From positions 620,001 through 684,000 of the forward strand of contig CAXKVF010000075.1 of assembly GCA_964057225.1 (NCBI GenBank): a stretch of DNA of 64,000 nt. The letters are read 5' to 3'. Every line of letters starts with the position of its first letter. Position 1 is the first letter of the stretch. Origin of the DNA: Auanema rhodensis. Its lineage: Eukaryota > Animalia > Nematoda. Shown here in pieces: positions 56,301 to 64,000 of this stretch. The translations under genes were made by a program, and so were the position numbers. The notes beneath the pieces are model-generated. The model was given only the letters and a program-made list of their open reading frames with translations. It did no database searches and had not been told where the DNA came from.

Positions 56301-59300
56301 TGCTAATTAAATGTACACTTGATGTGCACTTGGTATGTAACTCGCTTCACGTGAAAGATAAAGAGATGCGGTTTTCAAAATTAGATTCCCCATGTCCATA
56401 TTAGTCTAAAAACAAATTTTTATTGATATTGGTGCATGGTAACCATGACTTTGAAATTTACGTGAACTTTAATTTATGCTAATTAAATGTACACGTGATG
56501 TGCACTTGGTATGTAACTCGCTTCACGTGAAAGATAAAGAGATGCGGTTTTCAAAATTAGATTCCCCATGTCCATATTAGTCTAAAAACAGATTTTTATT
56601 GATATTGGTTCATGGTAACCATGACTTTGAAATTTACGTGAACTTTAATTTATGCTAATTAAATGTACACGTGATGTGCACTTGGTATGTAACTCGCTTC
56701 ACGTGAAAGATAAAGAGATGCGGTTTTCAAAATTAGATTCCCCATGTCCATATTAGTCTAAAAACAAATTTTTATTGATATTGCTTCATGATAACCATGA
56801 CTTTGAAATTTACGTGAACTTTAATTTATGCTAATTAAATGTACACGTGATGTGCACTTGGTATGTAACTCGCTTCACGTGAAAGATAAAGAGATGCGGT
56901 TTTCAAAATTAGATTCCCCATGTCCATATTAGTCTAAAAACAAATTTTTATTGATATTGGTGCATGGTAACCATGACTTTGAAATTTACGTGAACTTTAA
57001 TTTATGCTAATTAAATGTACACGTGATGTGCACTCGGTATGTAACTCGCTTCACGTGAAAGATAAAGACATGCGGTTTTCAAAATTAGATTCCCCATGTC
57101 CATATTAGTCTAAAAACAAATTTTTATTGATATTGGTGCATGGTAACCATGACTTTGAAATTTACGTGAACTTTAATTTATGCTAATTAAATGTACACGT
57201 GATGTGCACTTGGTATGAAACTCGCTTCACGTGAAAGATAAAGAGATACGGTTTTCAAAATTAGATTCCCCATGTCCATATTAGTCTAAAAACAAATTTT
57301 TATTGATATTGGTGCATGGTAACCATGACTTTGAAATTTACGTGAACTTTAATTTATGCTAATTAAATGTACACGTGATGTGCACTTGGTATGTAACTCG
57401 CTTCACGTGAAAGATAAAGAGATGCGGTTTTCAAAATTAGATTCCCCATGTCCATATTAGTCTAAAAACGAATTTTTATTTATATTGGTGCATGGTAACC
57501 ACGACTTTGAAATTTACGTGAACTTTAATTTATGCTAATTAAATGTACACGTGATGTGCACTTGGTATGTAACTCGCTTCACGTGAAAGATAAAGAGATG
57601 CGGTTTTCGAAATTAGATTCCCCATGTCCATATTAGTCTAAAAACAAATTTTTATTGATATTGGTTCATGGTAACCATGACTTTGAAATTTACGTGAACT
57701 TTAATTTATGCTAATTAAATGTACACGTGATGTGCACTTGTTATGTAACTCGCTTCACGTGAAAGATAAAGAGATGCGGTTTTCAAAATTAGATTCCCCA
57801 TGTCCATATTAGTCTAAAATCAAATTTTTATTGATATTGGTGCATGGTAACCATGACTTTGAAATTTACGTGAACTTTAATTTATGCTAATTAAATGTAC
57901 ACGTGATGTGCACTTGGTATGTAACTCGCTTCACGTGAAAGATAAAGAGATGCGGTTTTCAAAATTAGATTGCCCATGTCCATATTAGTCTAAAAACAAA
58001 TTTTTATTGATATTGGTGCATGGTAACCATGACTTTGAAATTTACGTGAACTTTAATTTATGCTAATTAAATGTACACGTGATGTGCACTTGGTATGTAA
58101 CTCGCTTCACGTGAAAGATAAAGAGATGCGGTTTTCAAAATTAGATTCCCCATGTCCATATTAGTCTAAAAACGAATTTTTATTTATATTGGTGCATGGT
58201 AACCACGACTTTGAAATTTACGTGAACTTTAATTTATGCTAATTAAATGTACACGTGATGTGCACTTGGTATGTAACTCGCTTCACGTGAAAGATAAAGA
58301 GATGCGGTTTTCAAAATTAGATTCCCCATGTCCATATTAGTCTAAAAACAAATTTTTATTGATATTGGTTCATGGTAACCATGACTTTGAAATTTACGTG
58401 AACTTTAATTTATGCTAATTAAATGTACACGTGATGTGCACTTGGTATGTAACTCGCTTCACGTGAAAGATAAAGAGATGCGGTTTTCAAAATTAGATTC
58501 CCCATGTCCATATTAGTCTAAAAACGAATTTTTATTTATATTGGTGCATGGTAACCACGACTTTGAAATTTACGTGAACTTTAATTTATGCTAATTAAAT
58601 GTACACGTGATGTGCACTTGGTATGTAACTCGCTTCACGTGAAAGATAAAGAGATGCGGTTTTCGAAATTAGATTCCCCATGTCCATATTAGTCTAAAAA
58701 CAAATTTTTATTGATATTGGTTCATGGTAACCATGACTTTGAAATTTACGTGAACTTTAATTTATGCTAATTAAATGTACACGTGATGTGCACTTGTTAT
58801 GTAACTCGCTTCACGTGAAAGATAAAGAGATGCGGTTTTCAAAATTAGATTCCCCATGTCCATATTAGTCTAAAATCAAATTTTTATTGATATTGGTGCA
58901 TGGTAACCATGACTTTGAAATTTACGTGAACTTTAATTTATGCTAATTAAATGTACACGTGATGTGCACTTGGTATGTAACTCGCTTCACGTGAAAGATA
59001 AAGAGATGCGGTTTTCAAAATTAGATTCCTCATGTCCATATTAGTCTAAAAACAAATTTTTATTGATATTGGTGCATGGTAACCATGACTTTGAAATTTA
59101 CGTGAACTTTAATTTATGCTAATTAAATGTACACGTGATGTGCACTTGGTATGTAACTCGCTTCACGTGAAAGATAAAGAGATGCGGTTTTCAAAATTAG
59201 ATTGCCCATGTCCATATTAGTCTAAAAACAAATTTTTATTGATATTGGTGCATGGTAACCACGACTTTGAAATTTACGTGAACTTTAATTTATGCTAATT

Positions 59301-62300
59301 AAATGTACACGTGATGTGCACTTGGTATGTAACTCGCTTCACGTGAAAGATAAAGAGATGCGGTTTTCGAAATTAGATTCCCCATGTCCATATTAGTCTA
59401 AAAACAAATTTTTATTGATATTGGTTCATGGTAACCATGACTTTGAAATTTACGTGAACTTTAATTTATGCTAATTAAATGTACACGTGATGTGCACTTG
59501 TTATGTAACTCGCTTCACGTGAAAGATAAAGAGATGCGGTTTTCAAAATTAGATTCCCCATGTCCATATTAGTCTAAAATCAAATTTTTATTGATATTGG
59601 TGCATGGTAACCATGACTTTGAAATTTACGTGAACTTTAATTTATGCTAATTAAATGTACACGTGATGTGCACTTGGTATGTAACTCGCTTCACGTGAAA
59701 GATAAAGAGATGCGGTTTTCAAAATTAGATTCCTCATGTCCATATTAGTCTAAAAACAAATTTTTATTGATATTGGTGCATGGTAACCATGACTTTGAAA
59801 TTTACGTGAACTTTAATTTATGCTAATTAAATGTACACGTGATGTGCACTTGGTATGTAACTCGCTTCACGTGAAAGATAAAGAGATGCGGTTTTCAAAA
59901 TTAGATTGCCCATGTCCATATTAGTCTAAAAACAAATTTTTATTGATATTGGTGCATGGTAACCATGACTTTGAAATTTACGTGAACTTTAATTTATGCT
60001 AATTAAATGTACACGTGATGTGCACTCGGTATGTAACTCGCTTCACGTGAAAGATAAAGACATGCGGTTTTCAAAATTAGATTCCCCATGTCCATATTAG
60101 TCTAAAAACAAATTTTTATTGATATTGGTGCATGGTAACCATGACTTTGAAATTTACGTGAACTTTAATTTATGCTAATTAAATGTACACGTGATGTGCA
60201 CTTGGTATGAAACTCGCTTCACGTGAAAGATAAAGAGATACGGTTTTCAAAATTAGATTCCCCATGTCCATATTAGTCTAAAAACAAATTTTTATTGATA
60301 TTGGTGCATGGTAACCATGACTTTGAAATTTACGTGAACTTTAATTTATGCTAATTAAATGTACACGTGATGTGCACTTGGTATGTAACTCGCTTCACGT
60401 GAAAGATAAAGAGATGCGGTTTTCAAAATTAGATTCCCCATGTCCATATTAGTCTAAAAACGAATTTTTATTTATATTGGTGCATGGTAACCACGACTTT
60501 GAAATTTACGTGAACTTTAATTTATGCTAATTAAATGTACACGTGATGTGCACTTGGTATGTAACTCGCTTCACGTGAAAGATAAAGAGATGCGGTTTTC
60601 GAAATTAGATTCCCCATGTCCATATTAGTCTAAAAACAAATTTTTATTGATATTGGTTCATGGTAACCATGACTTTGAAATTTACGTGAACTTTAATTTA
60701 TGCTAATTAAATGTACACGTGATGTGCACTTGTTATGTAACTCGCTTCACGTGAAAGATAAAGAGATGCGGTTTTCAAAATTAGATTCCCCATGTCCATA
60801 TTAGTCTAAAATCAAATTTTTATTGATATTGGTGCATGGTAACCATGACTTTGAAATTTACGTGAACTTTAATTTATGCTAATTAAATGTACACGTGATG
60901 TGCACTTGGTATGTAACTCGCTTCACGTGAAAGATAAAGAGATGCGGTTTTCAAAATTAGATTGCCCATGTCCATATTAGTCTAAAAACAAATTTTTATT
61001 GATATTGGTGCATGGTAACCATGACTTTGAAATTTACGTGAACTTTAATTTATGCTAATTAAATGTACACGTGATGTGCACTTGGTATGTAACTCGCTTC
61101 ACGTGAAAGATAAAGAGATGCGGTTTTCAAAATTAGATTCCCCATGTCCATATTAGTCTAAAAACGAATTTTTATTTATATTGGTGCATGGTAACCACGA
61201 CTTTGAAATTTACGTGAACTTTAATTTATGCTAATTAAATGTACACGTGATGTGCACTTGGTATGTAACTCGCTTCACGTGAAAGATAAAGAGATGCGGT
61301 TTTCAAAATTAGATTCCCCATGTCCATATTAGTCTAAAAACAAATTTTTATTGATATTGGTTCATGGTAACCATGACTTTGAAATTTACGTGAACTTTAA
61401 TTTATGCTAATTAAATGTACACGTGATGTGCACTTGGTATGTAACTCGCTTCACGTGAAAGATAAAGAGATGCGGTTTTCAAAATTAGATTCCCCATGTC
61501 CATATTAGTCTAAAAACGAATTTTTATTTATATTGGTGCATGGTAACCACGACTTTGAAATTTACGTGAACTTTAATTTATGCTAATTAAATGTACACGT
61601 GATGTGCACTTGGTATGTAACTCGCTTCACGTGAAAGATAAAGAGATGCGGTTTTCGAAATTAGATTCCCCATGTCCATATTAGTCTAAAAACAAATTTT
61701 TATTGATATTGGTTCATGGTAACCATGACTTTGAAATTTACGTGAACTTTAATTTATGCTAATTAAATGTACACGTGATGTGCACTTGTTATGTAACTCG
61801 CTTCACGTGAAAGATAAAGAGATGCGGTTTTCAAAATTAGATTCCCCATGTCCATATTAGTCTAAAAACAAATTTTTATTGATATTGGTGCATGGTAACC
61901 ATGACTTTGAAATTTACGTGAACTTTAATTTATGCTAATTAAATGTACACGTGATGTGCACTTGGTATGTAACTCGCTTCACGTGAAAGATAAAGAGATG
62001 CGGTTTTCAAAATTAGATTCCCCATGTCCATATTAGTCTAAAAACGAATTTTTATTGATATTGGTGCATGGTAACCATGACTTTGAAATTTACGTGAACT
62101 TTAATTTATGCTAATTAAATGTACACGTGATGTGCACTTGGTATGTAACTCGCTTCACGTGAAAGATAAAGAGATGCGGTTTTCAAAATTAGATTCCCCA
62201 TGTCCATATTAGTCTAAAAACAAATTTTTATTGATATTGGTGCATGGTAACCATGACTTTGAAATTTACGTGAACTTTAATTTATGCTAATTAAATGTAC

Positions 62301-64000
62301 ACGTGATGTGCACTTGGTATGTAACTCGCTTCACGTGAGAGATAAAGAGATGCGGTTTTCAAAATTAGATTCCCCATGTCCATATTAGTCTAAAAACAAA
62401 TTTTTATTGATATTGGTGCATGGTAACCATGACTTTGAATTTTACGTGAACTTTAATTTATGCTAATTAAATGTACACTTGATGTGCACTTGGTATGTAA
62501 CTCGCTTCACGTGAAAGATAAAGAGATGCGGTTTTCAAAATTAGATTCCCCATGTCCATATTAGTCTAAAAACAAATTTTTATTGATATTGGTGCATGGT
62601 AACCATGACTTTGAAATTTACGTGAACTTTAATTTATGCTAATTAAATGTACACGTGATGTGCACTTGGTATGTAACTCGCTTCACGTGAAAGATAAAGA
62701 GATGCGGTTTTCAAAATTAGATTCCCCATGTCCATATTAGTCTAAAAACAGATTTTTATTGATATTGGTGCATGGTAACCATGACTTTGAAATTTACGTG
62801 AACTTTAATTTATGCTAATTAAATGTACACGTGATGTGCACTTGGTATGTAACTCGCTTCACGTGAGAGATAAAGAGATGCGGTTTTCAAAATTAGATTC
62901 CCCATGTCCATATTAGTCTAAAAACAAATTTTTATTGATATTGGTGCATGGTAACCATGACTTTGAATTTTACGTGAACTTTAATTTATGCTAATTAAAT
63001 GTACACTTGATGTGCACTTGGTATGTAACTCGCTTCACGTGAAAGATAAAGAGATGCGGTTTTCAAAATTAGATTCCCCATGTCCATATTAGTCTAAAAA
63101 CAAATTTTTATTGATATTGGTGCATGGTAACCATGACTTTGAAATTTACGTGAACTTTAATTTATGCTAATTAAATGTACACGTGATGTGCACTTGGTAT
63201 GTAACTCGCTTCACGTGAAAGATAAAGAGATGCGGTTTTCAAAATTAGATTCCCCATGTCCATATTAGTCTAAAAACAGATTTGTATTGATATTGGTTCA
63301 TGGTAACCATGACTTTGAAATTTACGTGAACTTTAATTTATGCTAATTAAATGTACACGTGATGTGCACTTGGTATGTAACTCGCTTCACGTGAAAGATA
63401 AAGAGATGCGGTTTTCAAAATTAGATTCCCCATGTCCATATTAGTCTAAAAACAAATTTTTATTGATATTGCTTCATGGTAACCATGACTTTGAAATTTA
63501 CGTGAACTTTAATTTATGCTAATTAAATGTACACGTGATGTGCACTTGGTATGTAACTCGCTTCACGTGAAAGATAAAGAGATGCGGTTTTCAAAATTAG
63601 ATTCCCCATTTCCATATTAGTCTAAAAACAAATTTTTATTGATATTAGTGCATGGTAACCATGACTTTGAAATTTACGTGAACTTTAATTTATGCTAATT
63701 AAATGTACACGTGATGTGCACTCGGTATGTAACTCGCTTCACGTGAAAGATAAAGACATGCGGTTTTCAAAATTAGATTCCCCATGTCCATATTAGTCTA
63801 AAAACAAATTTTTATTGATATTGGTGCATGGTAACCATGACTTTGAAATTTACGTGAACTTTAATTTATGCTAATTAAATGTACACGTGATGTGCACTTG
63901 GTATGTAACTCGCTTCACGTGAAAGATAAAGAGATGCGGTTTTCAAAATTAGATTCCCCATGTCCATATTAGTCTAAAAACAAATTTTTATTGATATTGG
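44352..64000. repeat. Higher-order-repeat-like domain: 10-monomer cassette in five copies (starts 44352, 46816, 50160, 54384, 62304) with variable intervening monomers
   Basis: The same ordered markers recur in each copy: GTGAGAG+GAATTTT+ACACTTGA twice, CAGATTTGTATT (45332, 47796, 51140, 55364, 63284), ATTGCTT, CATTTCC+ATTAGTG, and CACTCGG+AGACATG (45771, 48235, 51579, 55803, 63723). Confidence 0.92.
57024..61867. repeat. Duplicated segment of about 10.5 monomers at a 17-monomer (2992-bp) offset: about 57024-58875 and 60016-61867
   Basis: Markers at +2992: CACTCGG 57035/60027, TATGAAAC 57218/60210 (seen only here), ATTGCCC 57972/60964, CTTGTTA 58797/61789. The match ends at 58876 vs 61868. 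Confidence 0.85.

Larger units (their letters stand above)
1..64000. repeat. Tandem satellite DNA array, 176-bp monomer, about 363.6 copies, running off both window edges; probable centromeric/pericentromeric satellite
   Basis: TGATGTGCAC recurs at 1, 177, 353 and so on. The line layout repeats every 2640 bp (15 x 176). After the 1-bp deletion at about 5879, monomers start at exact multiples of 176 to the end (e.g. 63360). The consensus has 57 G+C in 176. The repeat call is direct; the centromeric role is inferred from length, AT richness and homogeneity only. Confidence 0.99.

Noticed and set aside
1-64000. CRISPR array or repeat-spacer system suggested by the palindromic motifs
   Set aside because: There are no unique spacers, since the entire 176 bp is repeated, and there are no cas or other genes.

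Overview
The whole 64,000-bp window is one uninterrupted head-to-tail array of a 176-bp, AT-rich (about 32% GC) satellite monomer, about 363.6 copies, all in the same orientation. Consensus from position 1: TGATGTGCACTTGGTATGTAACTCGCTTCACGTGAAAGATAAAGAGATGCGGTTTTCAAAATTAGATTCCCCATGTCCATATTAGTCTAAAAACAAATTTTTATTGATATTGGT(G/T)CATGGTAACCATGACTTTGAAATTTACGTGAACTTTAATTTATGCTAATTAAATGTACACG. Monomers differ from consensus by about 0-4 substitutions, and the register slips only once (a 1-bp deletion at 5877-5879). I see no genes, RNA genes, mobile elements or CRISPR array. The single listed ORF is a by-product of a stop-removing substitution in one monomer. Monomer length and homogeneity fit a eukaryotic centromeric or pericentromeric satellite (inference), but I cannot name the family or species. 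The informative structure lies in the rare variants. They show local multi-monomer duplications at offsets of 8, 16, 21, 11-12, 42 and 17 monomers, a 10-monomer cassette repeated five times at spacings of 14, 19, 24 and 45 monomers, a left-to-right turnover of variant sets, and chimeric monomers. The monomer itself is rich in dyad symmetry and carries three ACGTGA motifs spaced 33 and 32 bp apart. All counts were made by eye, and I found no evidence of a novel gene-based system.
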